Shown: positions 1-13,012, numbered from the whole stretch's first letter. The stretch: DNA of 59,586 nucleotides, filler included, from Sluysia triapertura (GCA_046118255.1; 5 parts of 5 records of this genome joined end to end with filler, not necessarily neighbours in it); one strand, 5' to 3'. The notes: generated from the letters alone by a model not told the origin. Made by a program: numbers and translations.

Positions 1-61
1 GGTAGAGCAGTCGGACTGCGCAGACGATGGTCCCGGGTTCGATCCCCGGTCAGTCCATTTT
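1..61 (+). tRNA. tRNA-like Pol III element (tRNA pseudogene or tRNA-derived SINE head), 5' end cut off by the window edge
   Basis: GGTAGAGC (D-loop/A-box end), T-arm CCGGG-TTCGATC-CCCGG with a B-box, acceptor-like TCAGTCCA, then a TTTT terminator. The anticodon arm pairs poorly, so the isotype cannot be called. Confidence 0.55.
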
Positions 62-1007
62 ACGAAGTCTAACACTTGGATAAAAGTTGACAATTTTAAA
101 ACGCATTTCTTTTATGTGTAAACAAAGAAAATGAATTTAAACAACGGTTAATTTTTTAAACTTTAAATTTAAAATTATTTATTTAATTAAATAAAACGTT
201 AGAGGTAACAATGATTTTATAGAACCGAATTATTCGATTTTATGTGGTTTCTTATTAAATGAAATCAATAGTTTGAATGAAATTTTAATTTGGATTTTAT
301 TTAGATTTCTATTTAACTGAAAGCTTTAACAACTCACTATAACAAAATTAAAAAATTCAAGGAAAGTTATTAATAAAAATTATGTTATCAAGCAAAAAAA
401 TAATAATGACTATAAAAATTTATATTTTATAAGAATTAATCTCGTTAATCCTATAGGTAAATTATATTAATAAATTAGTTTATTCTATCTATCGATTTAA
501 AAGATATGGATAAATATAAAATAAAATTTTAAGTGTAGTTTATCAAGTAATCCTTAAATGATTACGAAAAACTTATGATGAAAACTAACGGTTATTAATC
601 AGATTGATAATTATCTTCGGTAGGAACTCATCGAATTTACAAAAAACTGTAGAGCTTGTAAAACATTTTTTGTGTTAAGTTGTGAAAATTGTGAAAGCTT
701 ATGTAGTCAAATTATTATGGTCTACACAATTAAAAGAATCGCAATAAAAATTAAATACGAGATTATAAATAGAGTAATAGACGTGAGTGAAATTTAAAAG
801 AAATTTAGAAAAAATCCTTACAATTATGTCAATGAAATATGTTCGGTGGTTAATTTTATTATTTATTTGTATAACCTATACTAATTAGCGTTATCTGATA
901 AAATACATTTCTCTATTTTTAAGTATTACTATTATTATCAATGAAAAAAGTTTTCGAAAAACAAATATTCAGAAATAGAATTATCAATAATATATAATTG
1001 TTATTAG

Positions 1008-1251
1008 ACAAAACAATTCTTTGCTCTATTCATCAGCCAAGTTCTGATGCATTTGCTCTATTTGATGATATTTTATTACTCGGAGAAGGTCATGTCGTGT
1101 ATATGGGATCTGCAAAAGGAGCTACTAACTTTTTTAAGACTTGTGGTATTCCTTGTCCAATAAATTTTAATCCATCAGATCATTTTGTGCATGCAATTGC
1201 TGAACAAAATAATTATGGAGATGGTAAATCTTTACAGAACATGGTTACCAA
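1008..1251 (+). CDS. white: white/scarlet-like ABCG half-transporter, internal exon (H-loop region of the NBD)
   Basis: KTILCSIHQPSSDAFALFDDILLLGEGHVVYMG...CPINFNPSDHFV. Acceptor ttattag|1008 and donor 1251|gtatga. Upstream exons lie outside the window. Confidence 0.9.
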
Positions 1252-1257
1252 GTATGA

Positions 1258-1258
<1 letters not shown>

Positions 1259-1297
<39 letters not shown>

Positions 1298-1316
1298 GTT
1301 GTTGTTGTTGTTGTTA
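1259..1316. repeat. (ATT)n/(GTT)n compound microsatellite at the start of the intron
   Basis: Directly visible; it explains the poly-I/poly-V tail of ORF 998..1378. Confidence 0.95.
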
Positions 1317-2503
1317 TCAGCAATTACACTATTATATACTCTTGTCATATAGCTATTTATAAAAAGCTAAGAAAATAATTAATTAAATTTAAATTTAATT
1401 ATTTAAAATTAATTAAATTTAAAATAATTTCGCCTAAAAGTTGCACAACTAAGACCAAAGCAGTTGAAATTGTTTACGAAAAATATCGCTAAAACATGAA
1501 AATAATTATCTTGAATGCTAATTCAATCTCAGATATATCTCAGATATCTCATAATTAAAATAGCAATGTAAGAAAAAATATGATGATTTATTTAAAGTTT
1601 TTGATTTTTATTCACTTTACATAAAATTTATACTACCTTAATTTAAATTATAATTTTTCGTTCGATAAAGATTGAGGTACAATTACAATTATGAATCCAA
1701 TTTTTATTTTCTTTTAATGCAAAAAGAAAGAATTTTATTACTACTAGAATATAATTATAATTACTTATAATTACAAGTAATAATAGTAATAATAATAATA
1801 ATTAATATATAATTTCAAAATATAATAAAATAATAAAATTAAATAATTTGCTTACTTAAAATAATAAATATTGAAAAATAAATAGTTTTCTGCTAACTAC
1901 GAAATATGAATGTCATTGGACGGAAACTGGTATACAAATAAGTGAAATTTCAATCACATTCACAATACACAATTCAGTCACATTAATAAAGCTTAAGTTT
2001 CACTATCAATCATAATTTTTTAATTTACAAAATTAGTAAGTTTTTAACCCATTGTAGTATTATTTATTTAAATAAATTATGTGCCTGAAATAATTATTTA
2101 AAAGAAATTTCATAATAACAATTTTATTTATTAAATGATGCAAGGTGAAAAGAAAAAAAATAAATTAAAAGTCGAAGCAATCAGGAACACTTAAAATGTT
2201 TTAATTCTAAAATTCAATTGATTTCTATACTATACTAGATTGTTCTTTATATCTCGATTGTATTGTTATACTTGTTGTATATTATACCAATTTTATTGTG
2301 ATATAATATTTAATAGTCACATTCTTATATTATTATAATATTATTATAATAATATGGTTACATAATAGTCATTTTGTTTATTGTTAATTTGTAATTGTTT
2401 GTTTTATAATTACTTCATTAATAAAAGTTACGACTTATTCTTTAATATACCCTAAAAATAGAAAAATCAAAGAAAAAGTTGAAAAAAAATAAGAAATGAA
2501 ACT

Positions 2504-2874
2504 TTATTCAAATCCTGAATTTTCGAAGTCCAACTCACATTCATTGAAGAACCCTACTACATTTTCGAATTCTTTCCAATCCTCAGGTAACTTTTGCCCT
2601 ACTGATGTTACAATTCTTAATGATAATTGATTTCTTTTCGTAAATTCACTTATTTCTAATATTTTTACAAATGTTTTAGCTTCAAGTTTAATAGATAAAA
2701 CAGAAACTTTTATACTTTCTTTTAGTTGATTTAAAACTGAATTTTTTAATTCAGTCTTCCTCCTTGCTCTTTTTGTTATCTCCATCTTCCCAGATTAGCT
2801 TCATTTATCCCATAATGTCAACCTGCTTTATTTCCAATTTTTTTGTTTCTGTATCCCGAGTTTCTTTTAGTCAT
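2504..2874 (-). mobile_element. pogo/Tigger-family transposase relic (Brinker-type DBD + CENP-B HTH)
   Basis: Minus strand reads MTKRNSGY...IGNKAG*HYGINEANLGRWR, then (frameshift) ...FTKRNQLSLRIVTSVGQKLPEDW. This resembles the pogo motifs GNRAAARxFGxxExxVRxWR and FxxRxxLSLRxxTxxxQKLP. Disrupted by a stop and a frameshift. Confidence 0.75.
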
Positions 2875-3785
2875 TATTATGTAATTATTATTATTGCTCA
2901 AGTCGTAACACATGTATTTTGCACAAACTACGGCAACAACAGCATATACGTCGACAATTAAATATACATCTGAGTGAGCTAAATTGTGTGACATATTACT
3001 ATTTGCCATAAGCAAGCCAAGTTGTAAATTTTCTCATCAAGTAAGTTTATTTCTGGACATGTTTGGTAGTTGATCTTGCAAGTAAATTATTGATAAAATT
3101 ATGTTTCATATTAAACATAAGTTAAATAGAATTTAACTTCATTTGGTCGAAGCGAATTCCTATTAATTTTATTCAATATTAAGTGATGTTTAGTTTGAAA
3201 TAGGTGGTACGACTTACGAAACAAGTTGACTTAGTTGTACCGAAGTAAGTTTTTAAAGAATTAGTTTCATTACGTGAGAGTATATAGATTTTTCTAATTT
3301 AGTTATAATACATAACACCAATATTAACAAAGTGTTAGGTAACACATTTAATTTATATTTATTTGATAAATCCTAGGTTTTATACAGTTCTTTTCTTAAG
3401 GGGTACAACTTGAGCAACCTTACCCTACTAGTTAGATAGTTACTTTGAATTTCTTTGATTGAAATTAGAAATTTATTGTTTTTTTGGTTATTGTTATTTG
3501 GTAAAAAATTATTTTTCAATTTTTGTTTGAATCGATAATTTCTTCGAAATGTTATAACAAAGTCATTCATTTGGGTAGGAATAACTTATCAAATTCAAAG
3601 GATACTATTTTGATGCTTATGAAGACATTATCTTGAATTTTAAACATGTTCAGTTACACTTTTTCATGGATTTTTGATATTTTCCTTATTTTATTGCAAT
3701 TTTTATATAATTTTATTTTAAAACCATTGCTTAAGAATGTTTAAAAATTGGGGTATTAATTATAAAATACTGATAATGATATTGA

Positions 3786-3787
3786 TA

Positions 3788-3842
<55 letters not shown>
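3786..3842. repeat. (AAT)n microsatellite
   Basis: About 19 AAT units. Confidence 0.95.
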
Positions 3843-3843
<1 letters not shown>

Positions 3844-3896
3844 TTTTTCATCATCATATCATTTTGAACCTTGATCTCATATGTTTTACGTTGCAG

Positions 3897-3970
3897 ATAT
3901 CAAAAATCCGAGGAATGTAAAAGAATGCATAAATTAATTTCCGAAGTAATTGTAACGGGAATTAATCAAG
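3897..3970 (+). CDS. white: white/ABCG transporter, short linker exon
   Basis: ttgcag|ATATCAAAAATCC...AATCAAG|gt. Phase 2 in and phase 1 out match the flanking exons. Encodes (K)YQKSEECKRMHKLISEVIVTGINQ. Confidence 0.75.
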
Positions 3971-4173
3971 GTTTTTTATGTTGTTATATTTTAAATTTAA
4001 AATAATGTGACAAAAAATTGTTACTGTTTTGATTGGTAGAAACGCTTCTCTAAGAAGTTAATTTGATCAACAATACATTGTGATCATAAATAACAATTAT
4101 TTTAAGATATGACTTATATTTTCAGTATTGACATATTTATATACAATCTATAGTTGTACTAAAATCTAAAATA

Positions 4174-4253
4174 TTAACACATTATGAGCGGGGCGGGTAT
4201 TAGTACCCTTTTTATGTATTGTCACTTAAGAATACCCGCTCATAATGTGTTAA
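4174..4253. mobile_element. Minimal piggyBac-type MITE (72 bp between two TTAA sites)
   Basis: TTAA-CACATTATGAGCGGG(gcggg)TATT ... AATACCCGCTCATAATGTG-TTAA: a 19-bp inverted repeat with TTAA on both sides. Confidence 0.75.
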
Positions 4254-4529
4254 TACGTATAACATTTTGAAAAGTGGACACGAAAGAATTAATTATATAG
4301 ATGCTTTCTATACTTTTCTTCGAACTTTTCATATTATACGTAATCAGAAATATTGCCATGTACTCAAACTCTTTCAAACTAGTAAGACTTTGTACGCAAC
4401 GCAGAATTTTAAAGCTTAGAGAACCATTGAATTGGTTACCGTACTTTTTCAATTGTGTAATTTGTAAGTAACAAAACATTTGTGCATATTGATACTGATT
4501 TAAATATATTATTATATAATTCTATTTAG

Positions 4530-4760
4530 GAGTAAATAATGAAACAACATTGCATTTAAAAAATTACAAAATACAAAAATATCGTGTTGGCTGGTTTCGA
4601 CAAATGAAAGTACTATTGTGGCGTCATTGGATGACCATGGTACGTGATACTAATTTATTTGTAGTAAGATTGGGTCAGGTGACATTTTTATCTATCATGA
4701 TCAGTCTGTTGTACATGCAACAGGAAATTAATACAGCCGCTGGACAGTTTAGTATGAATG
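4530..4760 (+). CDS. white: white/ABCG transporter exon (start of ABC2 membrane domain)
   Basis: YRVGWFRQMKVLLWRHWMTMVRD...VRLGQ motif. Acceptor tatttag|4530 and donor 4760|gtaagt; phases are consistent. Confidence 0.9.
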
Positions 4761-4893
4761 GTAAGTTTAGACTGATTTGTATTGATTTAATTTTCGTGTC
4801 ACAAATTTATGAAAATTAAATAAAAGTAAAAATTAAACCTACTTATTTGACTGTTTTCAGATTACCTACCAGATTTTTATAAATGTTTTAACA

Positions 4894-5127
4894 TATTGGG
4901 TTGGGGCATAAATTCGTGCGATTTTATCTGTTGCAAAGAAAACCCACCAACTTCTTGTTTTAACTGATTTGAGTTATATTATTTATTTAAATCATTTTAG
5001 ACTAATTTTAACTTTCATTATTCTCATTAAAATGGAGTGTCAGATAGATAAAAATGAATATTTCTGACATCTACTCCTTTTCTATTTTAATCAACATTTA
5101 AACGTTGCAGAATATCTCACCGATTAA
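4894..5127 (+). mobile_element. mariner element 5' end (TIR + N-terminus of a dead transposase)
   Basis: TA-TTGGGTTGGGGCATAAA terminal sequence. The ATG at 5032 reads MECQIDKNEYF*HLLLFYFNQ, like the mariner transposase N-terminus (MECQVDKNEHFRHLLLFAFNQG). Confidence 0.8.
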
Positions 5128-5346
5128 GACTGATATATTTGTTTTTTCTAATGATTTAATAAATTCATTTTGCATCGTTTTTATTCTTGATCAGTATGCA
5201 CTTTTTAATAATTGTAAAAAAACCGTACAAACTGATGCACCAACCCAATATTTTAAGACAAAAATTAAAAATAATAATGTTTTCTTTTTATTACAATTTC
5301 GATTTTTGTTTTTGTTGGTGGTAAATTGAAACTTTACTGTAATTAT

Positions 5347-5580
5347 TTAACCACTTAACAGTCGAATTTTTTGAGAAAATGGATTTAAAAATGTCACTTT
5401 TTTATTTTTTTTATTTGACTACATTTATTAATACAATTAATTAATTACAATAAATTTACTCAATAAGTAGTTTTAGTATGATATATTTTGAAACATTCAA
5501 TGCCCGAATGAGACTCGGGATCGTCAGTGTACAAGAAAATGTCACACTCGAGTACAGTTCGAGTAAAACTGTCAAGTTAA
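5347..5580. mobile_element. Probable non-autonomous piggyBac MITE
   Basis: Left end TTAA-CCACTTAACAGT and a degenerate right end ACTGTCAAG-TTAA, with internal short palindromic motifs (cccga...tcggg, ctcgag). Confidence 0.5.
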
Positions 5581-5671
5581 GACTTTAAATAATTTTAAAG
5601 GAAATTTTTCTGATGTTATTTAAAGTTTTTGTACTTTTAAATAACTTTAAGTTGAAAATAAATTTCAAAGT

Positions 5672-6206
5672 TTAACCATTTTAGGACGGGCTGCCCAAAG
5701 ATTATTCGTTAACTAATAGGATTTGTTCAGAGGTCTTTATATCAAATTAAAGAATAATGATAAGAGCTTTCATTTGATACCAAAATATGTTGTATTTTCT
5801 AGAAGGATAAACTTTTTTGCGCGAAAGAAAATGATTAAAAAATTATATAAACAGTCATATGGTAAAAAAACACTTTTATCTGGATCTTTCTCTTTTCAAT
5901 GCACACTGCCTTTATAAGATACGAAAGGCACGTAAATATTTCACTTATGGACTTCAAGAAAGAATTAATTGGAAAAGTTTGAGAGGAAGACTATCATCTG
6001 AAAATCATTTTAGGTTGAGTGATAGACATTTCCCATCATTCATTTCTGTATCTGATCTTACCAAAAAAATCTTCAAAAAGTTTGTTTATTGTATGCAGTG
6101 TAAGAAGAAGACTAAATATATGTGTAATACTTGTAATGTTTCCCGATTGTTTCACTATATATCTCAGGAAAAAAAACTGGTAGATGAAGAAAAATCTTAT
6201 ATCTGA
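5672..6206 (+). mobile_element. piggyBac relic with transposase C-terminal cysteine-rich domain
   Basis: TTAA-CCATTTTAGGACGGG end. ORF 5859..6206 contains RLSDRHFP...CMQCKKKTKYMCNTCNV, the piggyBac CRD signature (RLxGxHFP..CxxC..TxYxCxxCxV). Confidence 0.8.
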
Positions 6207-6766
6207 CACATTTTGATGTCTTGCACAAAAATTGATTTTTAGTAAAAGCTAATCATAAGCATAAATCAAATTTTCCATATTATCACGATAATACATATAA
6301 TTAGAATCATTTACACGATTAGACTGAGAAAAGAAATTGACTGAGTAATAGAATTTAATATTAGGGATTCCGTTAATCTCAGAAAATTATTAAAGAATTA
6401 ATTTGAAGAATTTATTGGCCTTAGTGTAATATTGATAGAAAGCACTATAAGAAGCGCTGTTTTGTACATAACCTACTTAATAGCGATTCGCATAATCATT
6501 TTTATACATTGAATAATTATAATTGGATAATTGGTGCTTTACAGTAAGTACTATAACTAAATTTAGATAAATATTAAAATAATAAAAAATACAATTAAAT
6601 CTACAACAATTATGTATGATTCATTGTTTTTTCACATATTAATATCAATTTTGTTACTAAATATATCTTAGTGTATTAAGCGTTTAAAACTAAATTCTGA
6701 ACTTCAATTTCTACTTTATTATTATTACTATTATTATTGTCATTATTATTATTATTATCATTCTAG

Positions 6767-7494
6767 GAGCGCATTTTCTGGTCACAACAATGATGAGTTT
6801 TAACATATTTTACACAGTACTTAATTCTCTTCCTTCTGAACTACCTGTTTTCTTTCGCGAACATTCAGCTGGCATGTATCGAGTTGATGCATATTTTCTT
6901 TCTCGCAACATCACCGATATTCTGATATTTCTCATTCTTCCAACGATTTTTTCTGTTCTATTTTATAGTTTTGTATATGTAGATCATGTAGTGAGCAAAT
7001 TCTTCGTTCTTTGGAGCGTTACTATCTTAGTATGCTTTTGTTCAGTTTCCATGGGTTATTTTGTTTCCTCAATTGCAATGAATCTTGATCTGGCATTAGC
7101 TTTATCTCCACCAATAATATTTTTATTGATGATGTTTAGTGGGTTTCTAGTTTCTCTGGAAACCATTCCAGTACCTTTGAATTATATTCAATATATTTCG
7201 TGGTTCCGGTATGCATTTGAAATGTTGAGCATTAGTAATTGGTTGGGTTATACGAATATCACATGTATCGAAGAAGATCAAAATTCGGCACCATGTTACA
7301 AATCTGGTGAAGATATGATACGTTCTCTCAATTTAATACCGTCAAAAGATCAATATTTGATTGGATATCTAAGTTTAGTTACCATGATTGTTGTTTTGCG
7401 ATTACTGGCACTTTTTTGTCTATATCTAAGATCACGTGAAACCAAAAAAGTGGTCCTAGATGATGAACTTATCGATACAAACGCAAGTTCTTGA
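6767..7494 (+). CDS. white: white/ABCG transporter, terminal exon (ABC2 membrane domain)
   Basis: Splices to give NGAHFL. Contains ELPVFFREHSAGMYRVDAYFLS, LMMFSGF and YISWFRYAFE plus several TM helices. Acceptor ttctag|6767, stop TGA at 7492-7494. Confidence 0.93.
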
Positions 7495-10400
7495 TATGAT
7501 TTATTTTTTTGAATATATGGTGCCGTTTTATAATACATAATATTGATTGTTTCAATAAATTATTTTCCGGTGTTCTTTAGATTTATCGAAAAGTCTGCAT
7601 GATTTCGAAATATTTTATTTTAATTATAATTGGTTGTTATTATAGTTGCTAGGTTTTCGAATTCTTGCAAAAAAATTAGTCTTTTCGTCTGGATTCACCT
7701 ACAGTTTACGTTTTATATTCTCATGAAAGACGCGTCTATGGAATTTCAATATCTATGCACTGTGTATTTGCTAGATTTCTTTTTAAGGTTAAGCAAACGT
7801 ATACTTAGTAACTTTATCTCCTGTTTAATAAATGATAATTATTATATCTACTCAAACGAAGAAATTTTAGACATATCTATTCACAAACCTTTTACTTTTT
7901 CAATACTAGTCATCTAGGCAAATATCAAATGGTGAATCAAATTTTATCGCATTAGATTTAGTCTAATGTGGAATAAAAATATTTTAGTTATGATTTTGTA
8001 ATTGGCTTAAGCTGGCTTAAAATTTATGCAAAAGTTAAGTGAGATTTTTTTACCATACATAAAACTTATAGGATAAAAACTTACGAATTTCAATTAAATT
8101 TTTTTAGAAATATGTTCGATAGAGCACTAGAACTCTCTGCGAGTGTTCACTAAAATCGAATTACCAAATTACACTTTCGCCAGATAGTTTGATTATATTT
8201 CACCAACTAATTGAATTTAACAAGTATTCGAGAAGGGGAAACGGCGTTAAAGATTTTTGAACAAATGTTTTAATTCTAATTATGTTGTGAATTTGTATGT
8301 TTTAATAGTGATTAAGTCCATCTAAACAAGTGTCATTTCACAATTCATTAAATTATTTTTCATTTTTTTAAACAAATGTTATATTTTCTCACGATTATCA
8401 ATAAATGTTCTTAATTATTAAATATTTTACAAATAATTATTTAGTTTTTTAAAGAAATGTTTCTTCCCATAATTTACTTTAATTTAAATTTAAGATAGAC
8501 AAATCTAATTATTATTATAATTTTGAAACGTTTTTTAATTAATAAATTACATTAAAATGGACCCACTAATTCATGATTCATCGTGTTGAATATTATTGGT
8601 TGTATTATTTTCTTCAAATACTTCAAAATAAGAGTAGTTGTCATTTTTAATTACTTAAAGTATCGAATATATTTCAAAATGTGAACGCGAAGGATTGACA
8701 GCAGACAAATATGTCCGTGTTGTATTATCTTAAATTTGGATTCGGTATTAGTGAAATGGAAAAAAGATTTTGATTAGTTGGAATGAAGATATTAATTTTT
8801 GGATATACTTAGACTGGTGTAGAAGTTTGTATATTCCTGAGTTAAATATTAATGTTTGGAATAAGTTAATTGTATAAACTGAATATTCTCACTTTATTTT
8901 ATGTAAATTTAGTCGTCCCCATGTTGTTACAAGAACATCTATTATGATCTGCTAGCATTTAATCCAAAAATCAACCATAATTTATATACAAAACTATGAT
9001 ATTACAAAATGATAATAATAACAATATTAATTAAAAACAAACAATTAATTTGGGAAACTGAAAAATTATCCCTAAATGTAAAGTAAATACAAAAATATTA
9101 AAAGATTGACTTCGGATTTCAGCTAATCAATTAATAAAGTAAATAATGTTAATAATCTAAATAGAAAACTTTTGATTTTAATTTAAAGAAAATAAATAAA
9201 AATTACTTTAGTTAATTTAGAACATGAATAAATAGATTTTAATGTTAATTATTTTCAACTGCAGAATTGATACAAAAGGTTGAACAAAAAAGACAAAAGA
9301 CTCAATTTTGTCGCTATTTTACGATTCTGGGTTTTACAATTTGGGATTTTTTACGTGACTTTCCATTTAACTCAACTTTGACGTGATCCTGATAGATTGG
9401 TTTTGATCAGAAATAATCCATCGGAGAAAGCTTTCATTGTCGAGAATCAATTCAGTTGTAACATAAAAAATTTTGTAAGTTTTCAAGTGTAGGATTTATC
9501 TAGGTTTTTTAAGACCTTTTTATGGACTTAAACTATTGAATAATAAGAATCTCTAATTTTCATTAGATATAATTTATTTGTAAAGTTCATTAAAAATATT
9601 AGAAATCTTATCTTGTCATTTTTTTGTAACGCTACTTATAATCTTTTATTATTTTATTTGGTCTATAATAAACCTTCGAGACTTCCAGTTTTTATTTCTT
9701 ATATTGCTAAATTGAATTAAAAATGAAACAACTAATAACCATATCAAATAGTAAAGAAATTTAAAGAATTACTGAATAAAAAGGAATAAATAAACTTAAT
9801 AAGAGAGGATGTATTGATTTTAAAATAGGAAAATTATGTTACAATAAAATTTATTACAAGCTAATCGAACCCTGAAACTAATGTTGAGTTCTAACTAATT
9901 TGAGAATTGTGTAACTAACAGTATTGAAATTGGTTAAACAACAGTATTGGTAATTTGTAAATAACAATAATGAAACACACAAACTCACATTGTAAAATAA
10001 CAGTATTGAAACACACTATTTTATTGATTTTCAAAACATTTTGATTTGTGGTAATTTTATCTGTATAAATAGCTATATGTTGTGATAATTTATAATGACA
10101 ATTTATTGATTTATTTTGTATATTCAGAAATAATAATTATTAATTAAAACAATTATTCGGATTTTGATTATTAATTGTTAATATTTGGAATTAAATTAAT
10201 AATTTGGAATCAAAAACTAACGTAAGTAATTCTGATATTTCTGTATATTATTAAACTCTAATATTTCTATTTAAAATATTTTTGTTTTAATTATTAAAAG
10301 TATTTTTTGTTTTAATCTGTCCAAGGTCAGCTAAATAAGTATTTAAGCAACGTAAAAAATGCACAAAACTCGCAACTATTATATTAACTAAAGAAGTGAC

Positions 10401-11409
10401 ACAAATTTTGGAAAATTTTCAGTTGGACAAAAAAAAACTATTGAAACATAACTGTTTTTCAGAAAGGACTTCTTGGCCAGATTTTTCATAGTCTATAAAA
10501 TATTTACGTTAGTTTATTATATTAAGTTTGGATACAGTAAGTATAGATTTTGTAATAAATTTTGAAACTGATAATAGTTTCTCGTAAAATATATTGTTAA
10601 ATTATTATTTAAAAAATTAACTAAAAGTTAATTAGCGCAACTTATCTATTAATATTAATATTAATTAATAGTTATTTAATTTACGAATATATAAATTCTT
10701 TGAGAAATTCTTATTATTAACAACTAACTTTTATAGTTTTAATTTTATAAAATCATTACTATAGTAAAGCTTTATCCAGAATATAAATCTGAAATCGAAA
10801 AATCATTTATTATAAATCTTCTTCATAGGATTTTCGAAAACTATTTCAATTATACAAAATTTAACTGTTATTTTTCAGTTAATAGAATATTTGCATCACT
10901 AAATTAGAATCTACTCCCACTCTTTTATAAATCTTATTAAATTATATTTAAAATACCTCCAGACCTTAATTACAGTTAAGCAAGCACTAAGATATCTTTC
11001 ATAGTCTAGTAAAATCTTTTCAATTGCAAGAAAAACCCAATGGCTAGCCCTAACTGGTAAGCCTAGTACGTTGATGGACTCACGTATAAATTTTACTTTA
11101 TCCTATAAGTTTCTTAAAATTTCCATAACTGAATTATTGAATAAATGGATAATAAGGAAGATTGAAGAGTAAATTTTATTGACAATTAAAAAATGTAAAA
11201 TAAGGATAAAATTATTAAGAAATTACTAGGGTTGTTTGATTAAGAATATAAGACATTATAAGACATCAAAGCGAATTAATCACGTTAATTGAATAATTGT
11301 ACAGTAACGAATAGATAAGTTACGACGAGATTTTATGACAAATTGACACTATATTTATTACGCAAATCTGAATAATTTTAATATTGCGTCATTTTTAGTT
11401 AATTTTTTA

Positions 11410-11710
11410 AACTATTTTAAAGGTAAGTTGATAAGAAACTCCCTTTGCAATTTTTGTTAACAACTATTTTTAAGATAAGTAATTGAGAAACATTCCACGT
11501 AATTTTTGTTGAATATTATATTTAAATTGTATTTGATTTTCAGCTATTTTAAGGAGGATTGATAAGAGACTCCCTACGCAATTTTGTTAAGACTATATTT
11601 GATTTTTAGCTATTTTTAAGATAATTAATTGAGAAACAGTTTGTAATTTTTGTTGTAGATTATATTTCATTTTCACTTATTTTTAAGGTTAACTGAATAG
11701 AAACACTTTA
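11410..11710. repeat. Degenerate tandem repeat, about 5 units of 52-80 bp, alternating A/B variants
   Basis: Core ctatttt(t)aag....ga(t)aaga(a/g)ac...g(c/t)aattt(t)tgtt recurs at ~11412, 11464, 11544, 11610 and 11677. Confidence 0.8.
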
Positions 11711-13012
11711 TCAAAGTATTGAGTATTTTACCTTCAGACATTATTGTCAAGTTTTTAATAGAAAGGTATTATTATCATCATCATTCTTTGTTACATAAAC
11801 CAAAAGTATTTAAATAACAAAATTACTATTAATTTTCTAGACCTTGATATTGTAAGCATTTGTTGCGTCACTCCTGATTGTTTTTTAAATAGATTGTAAT
11901 ATTCTTGATCTTATTATAAGCTATATTGTTATTTTTGTCGTATTGATTCTTTTTAGTTTTATTTAGTGAAATAATAATAAATTATATTTCGATTTGTATT
12001 TAATAGTATATTATTGACTTAGTTTTTATTTTATTTTCAAGAACTTAAATTTAGGGTAATAGTTATTGATATTATAAAAGGAGATTACCGAAAAATTTAT
12101 CTGATATACTGACTATTTAAAATTATTAAGGTTCCTTTAAGCTAATCAAGTTATTATTGAGTCATAATGGCTAGTAATTTTAAAGATGCAACATTATGTT
12201 ATCAAATAAAGAGAAGTTTTCCTTATATGTTCTTGATTTTTATTTTATATGTTCTTGAAATTGTATTGTGCGCTGCAAAAATTTTTTTGTGTATTTATGT
12301 ATTTTTTTGTAGTGTCCTTGAAGTAATTTAAAACAAAACTTTTTGAAATGAAATAATTTAAAACTATTTTAATTAATATTAATAAATTATTTTTATAAAT
12401 TTATTTCTTTAAAAAGAATTATTTTCCATAAATATTATCAATTATTAAAACATAGAACAGTAATTTTTCCAAAAATCGAAAATATTATCAATTGTTATCA
12501 ATAATGAAACATAATAATGATGTATATTAATATTAAATCAATTATAACACGTTATTCACATTACAATGTCCAATAACTACTTATAATCATAAATATGTCA
12601 TTATCACATAAATACAAAAACGATATCACAATATAGTAAAATAATAATACTATGCATCATTACATATTTTAAAATATATTAATTTATTGCGAAATTATTG
12701 ATGACTTTTATTATATAAATTTTATATCTAAAATAAATCTTTAGGTAATTAATTAAAGTATAATTTCTGATAATTTTAATTTAATTATCATTTTTTCTAA
12801 TTTGTATTTTATTATGAAATTTAAATATTAAATTCTTATAATATTTTTATTATTAATATCTATTATTATCTAGAAATAATACTTTTAAAAATGCATAATT
12901 AAAATTGTTGATTATTACACATATTACTAACTATATTTTATTTAATATTTTAGATTAAATGTTAAATATGAAACTGTAAATTAATATGGAATTATTCAAC
13001 ATATTTAATTTA

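Noticed and set aside
1252-1378. Poly-Ile/Val transmembrane C-terminus of ORF 998..1378
   Set aside because: Read-through into an intronic microsatellite after the GT donor at 1252.
11410-11710. CRISPR-like repeat/spacer structure
   Set aside because: The repeats are degenerate and the intervening parts are related to each other; it is an ordinary tandem repeat.
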